NCBI GenBank assembly: GCA_965197725.1
Contig: CBDANQ010000059.1
Span: forward strand, 1 to 64,000
Reading direction: 5' to 3'
Length of the DNA stretch: 64,000 nucleotides
Source of the DNA: Longimicrobiales bacterium
GTDB lineage: Bacteria > Gemmatimonadota > Gemmatimonadetes > Longimicrobiales > Gaopeijiaceae
Part shown: piece by piece, positions 41,484 to 50,909 of the stretch
How the letters are laid out: the number at the start of each line of letters is the position of its first letter
Position numbering within the stretch: position 1 is the first letter of the stretch
Program-made: the position numbers and the translations under genes
Notes under the pieces: generated by a model
What the model saw: the letters and a program-made list of their open reading frames with translations, nothing else
Told to the model about the DNA's origin: nothing
Databases searched by the model: none

Positions 41484-43040
41484 ATGACCGCTCTCCTGCG
41501 CCTGTCGCTCGTCATGATCCTCGCCGGGTGCGCCGTGAACCCGGCCACCGGTCGTCGGGAGTTCTCCCTCATCAGCGAGAGTCGGGAAATCGAGATGGGC
41601 CGAGAGGCGGACGCAGACATCTCCGCCTCGCTCGGACTGGTCGATGACCCCGCGCTCCAGAGCTACGTCTCCGACATCGGGCACCGTCTGGCCGCGGTCT
41701 CCGAGCGCCCGCACCTCCCGTGGTCTTTCAAGGTCGTCGACGATCCACTCGTCAACGCATTCGCGCTGCCCGGGGGATTCATTTTCGTGACGCGTGGCAT
41801 CCTCGCCAACTTCGAGTCAGAGGCGGAGCTGGCAGGCGTACTCGGGCACGAGATCGGTCACGTCACCGCGAAACACTCGGTATCCCAGATGAGTCGGCAG
41901 CAGCTCCAACAGATCGGGCTGGGTGTCGGCATGATCTTCTCGTCCAGGGTCCGTCGCTTCGGTGACGTTCTGGGCGTGGGCCTCCAGCTCATGAACCTCC
42001 GATACTCACGGGGGAACGAGTCCGAGTCCGACGAACTGGGCGTGCGCTACATGACCCGGACCGCCTACGACGCCGAGTCGATGATCGGAGTCTTCCAGAT
42101 GCTCGCGGCGGTGTCCGGTGGCGAGGGGGAACGGATTCCGCAGTGGCAGCTCACGCACCCCTACCCCGAGAACCGCGAGACCGACATTCGTGAGTTGATC
42201 GCCGCATCGGGGAGTGCGGCCCGGGGCACGGTCGGCCGAGGCGAGTACCTGGATCGTCTCGGCGGCCTCGTCTACGGGCCGAACCCGCGGGAGGGGTACT
42301 TCATCGGCGACCGTTTTGTGCACCCTGACCTCGAGTTCGACGTGACGTTCCCGGAGGGCTGGACAGCGGTGAACGAACGCTCGTACGTGGCAGCGTTGAG
42401 TCCCGCGGAGGACGCAGCGGTGATCCTTCGGCTCGCGGAGGGCGCCACCGATCCGCGCGCCGCCCTACGCTCCTTTCTCGCCCAAGACGGCGTCTCTGGC
42501 CGCGCCGCGCGCAACGATGAGAGGGACGGGATCTCGGTCAGCCGCGCTATTTTCACCGCCAACTCCGCCGACGGCGCGCTGCGTGGCGAGGTGGGGTTCA
42601 TTGGTCTCGACGGGCGCGTATATCAACTGCTGGGGTTTGCCAACGACGTCACCTGGCGGCAGTACTCGGGCGTGGTGGCGGCACCTCTCTCGAGCTTTAC
42701 TCGACTCACGGACCCACGGACACTCGAGGTGCAGCCGTGGACCCTAGAAATAGTCGCGCTGCCTGAGGATATGTCGGTTCGAGACTTCCACGGCCGGAAT
42801 CCCGGTTCGGTCTCCGTCGAGGAGCTCGCGAGGTTGAATAGTCTAGCGCCGGACGCCGTAGTGCCTGCGGGCACGCGCCTCAAGCGTGTCGTAGGCACAA
42901 CCCTCCCGGGCCAACCAGATGTCGCACGAAGAGCGCCTTGCGGCGACCTTCGACGCGACATGGTCACAGCACTGGAGGAGGCCGGGGTCCCTACGCGCTC
43001 GGAGGGTCCATCGCGAGCATCGCATACGGGGAACCAATAG
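41484..43040 (+). CDS. M48 family zinc metalloprotease lipoprotein (BepA/YfgC-like) with C-terminal LysM-like region; 3' end reads into a decayed downstream gene
   Basis: Lipobox LAGC, VNAFALPGG, HEIGH (HExxH), ESESD, THP; ELARLN...GTRLKRVVG. Confidence 0.88.
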   Translation: MTALLRLSLVMILAGCAVNPATGRREFSLISESREIEMGREADADISASLGLVDDPALQSYVSDIGHRLAAVSERPHLPWSFKVVDDPLVNAFALPGGFIFVTRGILANFESEAELAGVLGHEIGHVTAKHSVSQMSRQQLQQIGLGVGMIFSSRVRRFGDVLGVGLQLMNLRYSRGNESESDELGVRYMTRTAYDAESMIGVFQMLAAVSGGEGERIPQWQLTHPYPENRETDIRELIAASGSAARGTVGRGEYLDRLGGLVYGPNPREGYFIGDRFVHPDLEFDVTFPEGWTAVNERSYVAALSPAEDAAVILRLAEGATDPRAALRSFLAQDGVSGRAARNDERDGISVSRAIFTANSADGALRGEVGFIGLDGRVYQLLGFANDVTWRQYSGVVAAPLSSFTRLTDPRTLEVQPWTLEIVALPEDMSVRDFHGRNPGSVSVEELARLNSLAPDAVVPAGTRLKRVVGTTLPGQPDVARRAPCGDLRRDMVTALEEAGVPTRSEGPSRASHTGNQ

Positions 43041-43508
43041 CTACACTCGGCATCGACGTCGTCGCGTCAGTCAATTCCGAGAAACTTGGTGTCCTTCTGT
43101 AGGCGCTTTCCGCCCGGCGATTTCTATCTGGATGTCGACGCGGCGGATGCTGCCATGCGTCAAGGCGCTCAGTTCAACATCATCCATCCCACGTCCGGGC
43201 TGAAGATCGACGTCTTCCCGGACAAGAAGGACGAGGTCGCCAGGAGCCAGATCGAGCGCGGCCGTCGCCTCCCTGCTCTGCCGGGCCCCACGGCTGTCTT
43301 CTCCTCGGCCGAGGAGCTGATCGTGAAGAAGCTCCAGTATTACCGACTCGGTGGCTCCGACAAGCATCTGCGAGACGTGCGTGCGATGCTCGATATCTCC
43401 GGAAGGGAAATCGACTTGGAGCGTATTGGTGAATGGGTCGACCGGCTCGATCTTTCCGAGGAATGGAGCTTGGTGCCGGGTATCCCATCATCCCATCTCC
43501 ATGACTGA
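42960..43508 (+). pseudogene. Nucleotidyltransferase-superfamily (DUF6036/AbiEii-like) gene with two frameshifts
   Basis: Reconstructed MVTALEEAGVPYALGGSIASIAYGEPIATLGIDVV...FNIIHPTSGLKIDVF...EELIVKKL.YY..GGSDKHLRDVRAML (GGS...DxD-type motif); breaks at about 42991 and 43087. Confidence 0.7.
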
Positions 43509-43568
43509 CCTCGAAAGCACGTGACCGCCGTTTCGAGAGCGGTACCCATCCTCACAACCGGAGGCTCC

Positions 43569-45143
43569 ATGGCAGCTGCCCGACGGCGGCGCTCCGCAAG
43601 AGCTCGGGCTACGCCGACGCCGACCTCGCGGCAGGTGCTCTATCTACCCCTAGCGCTGACGCTCGGCCTGCTGGGGCTGTCGCTCCTGCCACGTGTGCAG
43701 GGCAACCTTCGTCTCGCGTGGTCGTTCTGGGGTACGGCCGGAGCGCTCCTGATCTGGCAGACCGCGCTCTTCCTGCGACTCCGGGGTGCTTCCGCCGGCC
43801 GGTCGCTCCAGAACGTGCTCCGGCCACAGCACTACGTGCAGGCGGTGGTCCAGATCGCGGTGTTCGCCTACTGGGGATGGTACTGGCGACCCGTCTACGA
43901 CTTCGCCTTGCTCCTGGCCGCGCAGCTCGTGTTCGCCTACGTCTTCGACATGCTGCTCGCGTGGTCGCGGCGCGAGACGTACGTGCTCGGCTTCGGTCCG
44001 TTCCCGATAATCTTCAGCATCAACCTCTTCCTGTGGTTCAGGGACGACTGGTTCTACCTACAGTTCCTGATGATCGGGGTCGGCTTCCTCGGGAAGGAGC
44101 TCGTGCGCTGGCACCGCGCAGGCCGGAAGGTGCACATCTTCAACCCGTCCGCCTTCGCGCTCGGGCTCTTCTCGCTCGTGCTGATCACTACGGGCACCAC
44201 CGATCTCACGTGGGGACAGGAGATCGCCTCGACGTTGACGCTCGCGCCGCTGATTTACCTGTACCTGTTCCTGCTGGGCCTGATCGTGATGTACTTCTTC
44301 TCGATCACGCTCGTCGCCGGTTCCGCCGCGGTCGTGCTGTTCGGACTGAGCGCACTGTACGCGTCTCTGACGGGGGTCCCCTACTTCCTCGACTCCGACA
44401 TCCCCGCCGCGGTCTTCCTCGGCCTCCATCTCCTGATAACCGACCCGTCCACCTCGCCGCGGACATCACCTGGGAAGCTCCTCTTCGGAGGTTTGTACGG
44501 AGCGGGTGTGTTCGGCCTCTACATGGTCCTGGGGGCCGCCGGGGCGCCAACGTTCTACGACAAACTCCTGGCCGTGCCGCTTCTGAACCTGAGCGTTCGC
44601 GGGATCGACAGTGTGGTTGACCTCGCCCGGGAAAGCCCCGCGCTCGCCCGCTGGCAACTTAAATGGGCTCCCCTGCGCGCCAACCTAGCCCACATGGCCG
44701 CCTGGATCGTGTTCTTCGGAGCGATGACCGCGATGGGCAAGGCCGACGGAAAGCACACGGGTGACAGCCTGCCGTTCTGGGAGCAGGCGTGCGTGCAAGG
44801 CCGCTCCAACGCTTGCACTCGGTTGATCCAGCTGCAGACCACGTATTGCGGCGACAACTCGGCATGGGCGTGCAACGAGCTCGGCATACACTTCACGCAG
44901 GGGGAAATCGTGGCCTCCGATTCCGAGCTGGCGCGCGGCTACCTCGCGCGAGCCTGCGAACTCCGGTTCCAGGCCGCATGCGTCAATCTGTTGGACCCGG
45001 GTGGCTTCAACCGCACCGACCCCCGGCTCCTCGATCTCAGACTGCTGCTGCGAGAGGCGGGCCAGAACCTTATGGAGATGTCTGAGCCGGAGTTGTACAC
45101 CCGCGCGTGTGATCACGACTGGGCCTTCGCGTGCAGTCGATGA
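43569..45143 (+). CDS. Polytopic membrane protein, RnfD/NqrB-related (UnbU-like) core plus C-terminal Cys-rich Sel1-like repeats
   Basis: Many TM segments with HIFNPSAF and TDPSTSP..GK..FG motifs; four C-x7-C repeats; RBS GGAGG. Confidence 0.65.
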   Translation: MAAARRRRSARARATPTPTSRQVLYLPLALTLGLLGLSLLPRVQGNLRLAWSFWGTAGALLIWQTALFLRLRGASAGRSLQNVLRPQHYVQAVVQIAVFAYWGWYWRPVYDFALLLAAQLVFAYVFDMLLAWSRRETYVLGFGPFPIIFSINLFLWFRDDWFYLQFLMIGVGFLGKELVRWHRAGRKVHIFNPSAFALGLFSLVLITTGTTDLTWGQEIASTLTLAPLIYLYLFLLGLIVMYFFSITLVAGSAAVVLFGLSALYASLTGVPYFLDSDIPAAVFLGLHLLITDPSTSPRTSPGKLLFGGLYGAGVFGLYMVLGAAGAPTFYDKLLAVPLLNLSVRGIDSVVDLARESPALARWQLKWAPLRANLAHMAAWIVFFGAMTAMGKADGKHTGDSLPFWEQACVQGRSNACTRLIQLQTTYCGDNSAWACNELGIHFTQGEIVASDSELARGYLARACELRFQAACVNLLDPGGFNRTDPRLLDLRLLLREAGQNLMEMSEPELYTRACDHDWAFACSR

Positions 45144-46051
45144 AAGGCGCGGTTCCGCTCGCCTTCTTAGCGATCGTCGCCTCCGTGTGGATCGCGCTTC
45201 GACTCTCGCCGGGCCCGCCTGCGCGGGCCGCGAGGGAGGCACCGCCCCCTGCCGTTCTCGGCGAGGTCGCCGGCTTTCGAGCGGACGCATGGTTTCTCCC
45301 CGACGAGGAGCTGCTCGGCTTCGTGGAGATTCCGGCCGGGGTGTTTCTGATGGGTAGCGACCCGAGCGTCGATCCGCGCGCTTTCGGCATCGAGCGGTGG
45401 TCCAGCGCGAGGCCGCAGGGGACCGTGGACCTACCGGCCTTCTACATGGGGCGGTACGAGGTCACGGTCGCTCAGCTCAGTGCGTTCGTCGAGGCCACGG
45501 CATACACCATAGACCCGCAGGCGCTTCAGGCGCCTCCCGATCATCCTGCGAAATCCGTCTCCTGGCCCGATGCGCTCGCATACGCTCGCTGGCTCGACGC
45601 GACGCTCCGGGACTCGTCGGCGACACCGCCACGACTTGCGGCGCTGCTCCGCGACGGCTGGCGGATCACCTTGCCGACGGAGGCCGAGTGGGAGAAAGCC
45701 GCGCGGGGCGCCGACGGCCGAGTGTATCCGTGGGGGAACGAGCCCAGGCGGGACCGCGCCAACTACGGCGGAAGAAGCACCACGCCGGTGGGCAGCTACG
45801 AATGCCCGGAGTGCGCCTTCGACCTCTCCGACATGGCCGGAAACGTCTGGGAGTGGACTCGGAGCCCCTATCAGCCCTACCCATACGACGCGACGGACGA
45901 CGGCGACGGCCTCGAGGCGGAGGCGCTGTGGGTGATGCGCGGCGGCTCGTTCGGGGACCCCGAGGGCTTCGTCCGCGCTGCCAACCGCGGGCGTGCCGAT
46001 CCAGGGGCTCGACGGCCGTTCATCGGGTTTCGCGTATCAATCTCTCGGTAG
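45140..46051 (+). CDS. FGE-sulfatase (SUMF1/EgtB/PvdO) domain protein with N-terminal anchor
   Basis: FLMGS, YEVT, LPTEAEWEKAARG, DMAGNVWEW, RGGSF, IGFR; ATGA overlap with the upstream gene. Confidence 0.9.
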   Translation: MKGAVPLAFLAIVASVWIALRLSPGPPARAAREAPPPAVLGEVAGFRADAWFLPDEELLGFVEIPAGVFLMGSDPSVDPRAFGIERWSSARPQGTVDLPAFYMGRYEVTVAQLSAFVEATAYTIDPQALQAPPDHPAKSVSWPDALAYARWLDATLRDSSATPPRLAALLRDGWRITLPTEAEWEKAARGADGRVYPWGNEPRRDRANYGGRSTTPVGSYECPECAFDLSDMAGNVWEWTRSPYQPYPYDATDDGDGLEAEALWVMRGGSFGDPEGFVRAANRGRADPGARRPFIGFRVSISR

Positions 46052-46529
46052 CCGTAGCCTTCTCCGCCCACGCCTCTGACGCCCCGTCGGTCGACTTCAC
46101 GGCGACGATGATACTCCCGGCCGCGAGATGTTGGTCGAGCGGACCCGGCCTCCCGCCCAGGCGCGGGAGTCGGCACTCGTAGAACACGGTCGCCACGGTG
46201 CACAGGATCGCTCCCAGTGCGAGGCCTTCGAAAGTGATGATGCCGGCCGTCGGCAGAGGGACGATGGGCATGCCCCCGGTCGGCAAGGGGTACGCCTGCG
46301 ACGTGAGACTCGTCAGCAGGAATGCTGCGGTCCCACCCAGCACCGCCCCGACAACCGCCATGAGCGGAACCCGCGAGCGGACCTCGAGCCCCACTGGACA
46401 CACTTCGTGAACGAGGGGGATCGAGCTACGCACCTCGATCTCGCTGGCGGTGACGCCGGCCTCGGCGAGCTGTTCGAGCGCGTCCTGCGCGTCGGAGGCG
46501 GAATCGAAGGCCGCGTGAAGCCAGCTCAT
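46020..46529 (-). CDS. actD: ActD-like (DUF3341) subunit
   Basis: Two TM helices, YPLPTGGMP...IITFE motif; follows the NrfD-family gene. Confidence 0.75.
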   Translation of the reverse strand: MSWLHAAFDSASDAQDALEQLAEAGVTASEIEVRSSIPLVHEVCPVGLEVRSRVPLMAVVGAVLGGTAAFLLTSLTSQAYPLPTGGMPIVPLPTAGIITFEGLALGAILCTVATVFYECRLPRLGGRPGPLDQHLAAGSIIVAVKSTDGASEAWAEKATATERLIRETR

Positions 46530-47888
46530 CTAGACCTCCTCGCCTACGGGCTGAGCGCTCGCTGGAACGGGACTCGCGATGTGATCGCCTTCGCGAACCT
46601 CCCAGATGGAGACGATGGGAGCGAACTGTACGAACAGGAAGTAGAGCATCATGAACATGCCAAAGGAGCCGACGAGAATCCCTATTTCCACCCAACTGGG
46701 CTGATACGTGCCGAGGGTGAAGTCGAGGTGCGGCATGCGAAGGGTCCCCACCACGATGAGGAAGCGCTCGATCCACATTCCGACGAGAACGCCCAGGCCA
46801 ACGATCGCGGTGGCCACCGGTCGCCTCCCCCAGCGGAACGACAGCACTCCTAGGGGCACGACGATGTTGACAAAAAGCATCCCCCAGAAGATCGGGGCGT
46901 ACTCGCCCGATACCCGCTCCCAGAAGACGGCCATCTCGGACGGCTCGCTGCCGTACCACACGGTCAAATGCTCCGCGAAGGTGAAGTATCCCCATATGAC
47001 AGTAAAGCTGACGAAGAGCAGACCGAGATTGTTGAACGCTTCGTCGCTCAGATACTCCTGAAGCCCCAGGCCGCGCCGCAGCACGTACATCGCGACCATC
47101 AGCACCGCGATCCCGGAATAGATGGCGCCGACCACGAAATAGGGACCGAAGATCGTGCTGTGCCACATCGGCTGAAGCGTCATGGCAAAATCCCACGACA
47201 CCACCGTGTGGACGGACACGGCAACCGGGATGATGATTACCGCCATCACCTTGATCCCGGCCTCGAGCGAGTGCCACTGCTGGGTACTACCTCGCCAGCC
47301 CATCGCCAACAGGCGAAAGAGGCGAGCCTTGAGGCTCGCCGGGGTCTCAGCGAGGGCGCGATCGCGCAGGATCGCCATGTCCGGCAGCAGAGGCAGAAGA
47401 AGGTAGAGCACACTCCCGGTCAGATACGTGCCGATCGCCATCATGTCCCAAAGCAGCGGCGAGCGGAAATTGGGCCACAGGCCACGCGAATTGGGGAATG
47501 GGATCATGAACCAAAAGAGCCAAGGGCGGCCCAAATGGATCAGTGGGAAGAGACCACCGATCGACAGCGCGAAGACGGTGATGGCCTCGGCGCTGCGCGT
47601 CACGGGCCGCCGCCATTCGGCGGAGGTGACGCGCAGGATTGCCGAAATCAGCGTCCCGGCGTGGCTGATGCCGATCCAAAAGACGAAGTTGGTAATGTAG
47701 AAGCCCCAGAACACGGGACGGTTGATGCCCGCGACCCCGATGTCGTTCTTGATCTGGTAGCCCCAGGAGAAGAAGAGCAGGCCCGTGATCGCTCCGGTCA
47801 CGAGACTGCCCGCGATCAGTCCAGGCCGAATGCCGCTGAGCGGCCGTAAGAGAGCCTCTTCCTTGGACGCGCCGGCCGGTCTCCCCAC
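46530..47888 (-). CDS. actC: NrfD/PsrC-family quinol-interacting subunit ActC
   Basis: WGFYITNFVFWIGISHAGTLISAIL, HLGRPW, NFRSPLLWD, SVHTVVSWDFA, WHSTIFGPYFV, MWIERF. Confidence 0.92.
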   Translation of the reverse strand: MGRPAGASKEEALLRPLSGIRPGLIAGSLVTGAITGLLFFSWGYQIKNDIGVAGINRPVFWGFYITNFVFWIGISHAGTLISAILRVTSAEWRRPVTRSAEAITVFALSIGGLFPLIHLGRPWLFWFMIPFPNSRGLWPNFRSPLLWDMMAIGTYLTGSVLYLLLPLLPDMAILRDRALAETPASLKARLFRLLAMGWRGSTQQWHSLEAGIKVMAVIIIPVAVSVHTVVSWDFAMTLQPMWHSTIFGPYFVVGAIYSGIAVLMVAMYVLRRGLGLQEYLSDEAFNNLGLLFVSFTVIWGYFTFAEHLTVWYGSEPSEMAVFWERVSGEYAPIFWGMLFVNIVVPLGVLSFRWGRRPVATAIVGLGVLVGMWIERFLIVVGTLRMPHLDFTLGTYQPSWVEIGILVGSFGMFMMLYFLFVQFAPIVSIWEVREGDHIASPVPASAQPVGEEV

Positions 47889-47889
47889 T

Positions 47890-48573
47890 CTACTCCCCAC
47901 CCCTCAGGTAGAACACCGAGGGGTGAGTGCCCAGGTCCTCCAGTAGCTGTGAGGCGCGCTCGCTCGTCGCGAGCCGGGTTACGCGGCTCTCCGGATCTGC
48001 CAGATCACCGAAGACGATCGCCTGCGCTGGGCAAGACTGCGCACAGGCTGTGTTGACTTCGCCGTCCCGCACCTCTCGGTCCTCGTCCTTCGCGATGTCT
48101 TGCGCGTCCTGGATCCGCTGCACGCAGAAGGTGCACTTCTCCATCACCCCTGCCGGGCGCACGCTGACATCGGGATTGAGCTGCCGTTCGAGCGGTTCCG
48201 GCCACTCCCCACCGTGCCAATTGAAGACGCGCACTGTGTAGGGGCAGTTGTTGGCACAGTACCGAGTACCGATGCAGCGGCTGTACACCATCGCGTTGAG
48301 CCCCTCGGGCGTCCGATAGGTCGCGTAAACTGGACAGACCGGTTCGCAGGGCGCCGCCGCGCAGTGCTGGCAGAGCACAGGAGTGAAACGAACCTTCACG
48401 TCCGGGAAGGTGCCCTCGTAGTGTCGCTCGATGCGCAGCCAGTGCATCGAGCGTCCCTTGAGGGCTTCGTCCTCGCCCACGGTCTGGATGTTGTTCTCCG
48501 CGTGACACGCCACGACACAGGCTCCACAGCCGGTGCAGCGGTCGGTGTCGATGGCCATTCCCCAGCGAGTCAT
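47890..48573 (-). CDS. Iron-sulfur subunit (ActB2/QrcC-like)
   Basis: CTGCGACVVAC.AENN, CQHC..APCEPVCP, CIGTRYCANNCP, NPDVSVR..GVMEKCTFC. Confidence 0.92.
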   Translation of the reverse strand: MTRWGMAIDTDRCTGCGACVVACHAENNIQTVGEDEALKGRSMHWLRIERHYEGTFPDVKVRFTPVLCQHCAAAPCEPVCPVYATYRTPEGLNAMVYSRCIGTRYCANNCPYTVRVFNWHGGEWPEPLERQLNPDVSVRPAGVMEKCTFCVQRIQDAQDIAKDEDREVRDGEVNTACAQSCPAQAIVFGDLADPESRVTRLATSERASQLLEDLGTHPSVFYLRGGE

Positions 48574-50819
48574 CCGACGTCCTCCCCGCCAGCGTCTTGC
48601 GGCGCCCAGCCCACCGGAATTCTCTCACCCACACCCCGGTCGCTGTAGCTCCGACCCGAGCGCGCCATCTCACCGGGTCCGAGCCGCTCGATGCGGACCC
48701 GCGTCGCCGCCCACGCCGGTGCCGACGTGTCCTCGACCTGGAGCCGTCCCACCAAGTCAAGCGGGTTGGCCCCACGGCCCCGGGCGTATCGACCGTACTC
48801 GCGATGCCCCAGCCCCAGCGGCATGCCGATGACCCCTGGCCGGACCGCGGGGTCGACGACGGCTTGCACCTCGAGGGACCCCGAGGGCGAGTCGATGCGG
48901 AGGTGGTCTCCGTCGCGCACGCCGAGCTGTTCCGCATCCGCCGGGGACAGCTCAGCCCAGCTGTTCCACATGACGGTAGACATCGGATCGGGGAGCTCCT
49001 GGAGCCAGGGCCGGTTCGCTCCTCGCCCCGCGGCGGTCTTCAACGACTCGAAGGGAAGGAGCAAATAGGGGTACTGGGCGGCGGCGCCCTCGAAGCGGCT
49101 CAGCCCCGGCTCCGGGGCTGTACCGGTCGGGCCCGGAGGCGCCACCTGTGGCGCTCCGTCGCCGAAGATGCCCCCGCGCGCCAAGGCCTCGGAGTAGTAG
49201 TCGGATGCGTCTGAGCCGCCCGCGCCGGGCAGACGATCGAGATCTTCCTCGATCCGTGTGCGCACGAGATTCTCGAGGCTCGACCACGGGAAACTGCTGG
49301 CAACCGGCTCGCCCAGCGCGGTGGCGAGGGCAAGGATCACGTCGGCTGGATGGTTCCCGCTGCCGAGGGGATCGATCACGGCTCGACTCAGGCCGAGCAC
49401 TGGCAAGCCCACCGAGGCCGCCGGCTCCACTGCATTGAAACGCTCCAGCTCGGTGTTCAACGGCAGAACCAGGTCGGCGTGGAGCGTCGTGTCGTCGCGG
49501 AAGCTGCTCAGAGCGACGATGGTCTCGACGTCGGCCAGAGCCTGGTCCAGTCCCCAGCTCGCCGGAAGCGTGTGCAGAGGATCGGCGTCGACTACGAGCA
49601 AGAGCTGCACGGGCGAGCCCGACTCGCCGCGGAGTCGTGCCGCGAGCTCCGCCACCGAGGCCGGTCCGGACTCCGGTCCCGAGTCCGAAGGAGCGATGCC
49701 TCTCGCCAGTTCCAGGTCCCTCGGCGCGAACACGCCTCCGGGACGGCCCAGATTGTCGAGCAGGAGGTTGAGCCCGAGCGCCGCGACCACGTTGGTGAGC
49801 CCGTTGCTGTGGGCGGCCGCCGAACCGCCGGCCACGACCACGCGGTTCTCTGCCGCGCCCAGCTCCTGGGTGATGCGGCGAATCCTCTCTGCGGGTACAT
49901 CGCAAAGCTCAGCGGCTTCATCGAGATTCGGCGGGTCATCGGGGAAGAGCCGGCCGTACCGGCTCCGTGCCGCCCCGCCAACCACGCCTTCGGACAACAG
50001 AACGCCGGCCATGGCTCGCGCCAGGACCCCCTCGGTGCCTGGGCGCACCGCGAGCCACTCGTCGGCGTTCGCGGCGGTCAGCGACATGCGCGCCTCCACC
50101 TGGACGAGCTTGCCCCTGCGGCCCAAACGGCCCCGCCGCATCTCGGCAACCGCCCTGGTGTAGTGGACCGGACTGCGCCAGCGGTCGAGGATGGGCGAGC
50201 CGATGGACACGACATAGTCCGAGCGCCCCACGTCGAAGTAGGGGATGTCGTCGACGCCCAGGCTGATCTGCGCTGCCCGGCGCTCCGCCTCAAGCTCGGG
50301 AGCTTCGAGAAAAGCCGGTGATGGCGAACCCAACGCGGCAGCGAAACGACGCAACAGGGCACCTGTGAGACCGGAACGATCGGCGCCCACGAAAGCGAGT
50401 CGGTCCGCCGGCGTGCCGGCAATCGCGTCCACGGCCCCGGCCAGTCCCTCCTCCCACGAGAAGCCCTCGAAGCTCCCCTGCCGGCGATCCCCGACGCGTC
50501 GCTGAGGGTTCAAGATGCGATCGGGGTTATAGACCTCTTGCAGGAGGGAATGGCCCAGCGCGCACACACCTCCCCGGTTCACTGGATGATCCGGGTTGCC
50601 TTCGATTTTCTTGGCGTTTCCGTCGACGACCCGGACCTGGATCCCGCACCCGGCCGAGCATTGCTGACACACCGAAGGATGCCATACGCTCTCGCCCTGG
50701 AGCACGCCGGGACGCCGGGGCACTTGCGCCATGAACTGCTCGTCCTGACCCCGGCAGGCCTGGAGCAGTGATACGCCGGCTCCCAGAGCCGATGTCTTCA
50801 GAAAATCTCGTCTGCGCAA
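48570..50819 (-). CDS. Molybdopterin-oxidoreductase-fold subunit (ActB1/QrcB-like), Tat lipoprotein
   Basis: RRRDFLK + LLQAC; CQQCSAGC...KIEGNPDHP...CALG; ANRPWLQELPDP ActB/QrcB signature. Confidence 0.88.
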   Translation of the reverse strand: MRRRDFLKTSALGAGVSLLQACRGQDEQFMAQVPRRPGVLQGESVWHPSVCQQCSAGCGIQVRVVDGNAKKIEGNPDHPVNRGGVCALGHSLLQEVYNPDRILNPQRRVGDRRQGSFEGFSWEEGLAGAVDAIAGTPADRLAFVGADRSGLTGALLRRFAAALGSPSPAFLEAPELEAERRAAQISLGVDDIPYFDVGRSDYVVSIGSPILDRWRSPVHYTRAVAEMRRGRLGRRGKLVQVEARMSLTAANADEWLAVRPGTEGVLARAMAGVLLSEGVVGGAARSRYGRLFPDDPPNLDEAAELCDVPAERIRRITQELGAAENRVVVAGGSAAAHSNGLTNVVAALGLNLLLDNLGRPGGVFAPRDLELARGIAPSDSGPESGPASVAELAARLRGESGSPVQLLLVVDADPLHTLPASWGLDQALADVETIVALSSFRDDTTLHADLVLPLNTELERFNAVEPAASVGLPVLGLSRAVIDPLGSGNHPADVILALATALGEPVASSFPWSSLENLVRTRIEEDLDRLPGAGGSDASDYYSEALARGGIFGDGAPQVAPPGPTGTAPEPGLSRFEGAAAQYPYLLLPFESLKTAAGRGANRPWLQELPDPMSTVMWNSWAELSPADAEQLGVRDGDHLRIDSPSGSLEVQAVVDPAVRPGVIGMPLGLGHREYGRYARGRGANPLDLVGRLQVEDTSAPAWAATRVRIERLGPGEMARSGRSYSDRGVGERIPVGWAPQDAGGEDVG

Positions 50820-50831
50820 CCCTTCCCCCTA

Positions 50832-50887
50832 GTCGTACTCGTAGTGATACTCGGTTGATACTCGACTCGGTGTTGGCGATACTCGGG
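50832..50887. repeat. Short iterated motif in the actA-actB1 spacer
   Basis: GATACTCG at 50846, 50857 and 50878, plus GTACTCG and GACTCG variants. Confidence 0.6.
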
Positions 50888-50909
50888 CCTTGGTCGCCCG
50901 CCGCGGTGC

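Noticed and set aside
41106..41714. Long N-terminal extensions of the CotH-like and M48 genes
   Set aside because: Signal peptides begin at 41105 and 41484; the extensions would overlap each other
48570..50819. Ordinary formate dehydrogenase, nitrate reductase or polysulfide reductase catalytic subunit
   Set aside because: It carries the ActB/QrcB WLQELPDP signature and sits with ActA, ActC and ActD homologues; no recognisable Mo-ligand motif
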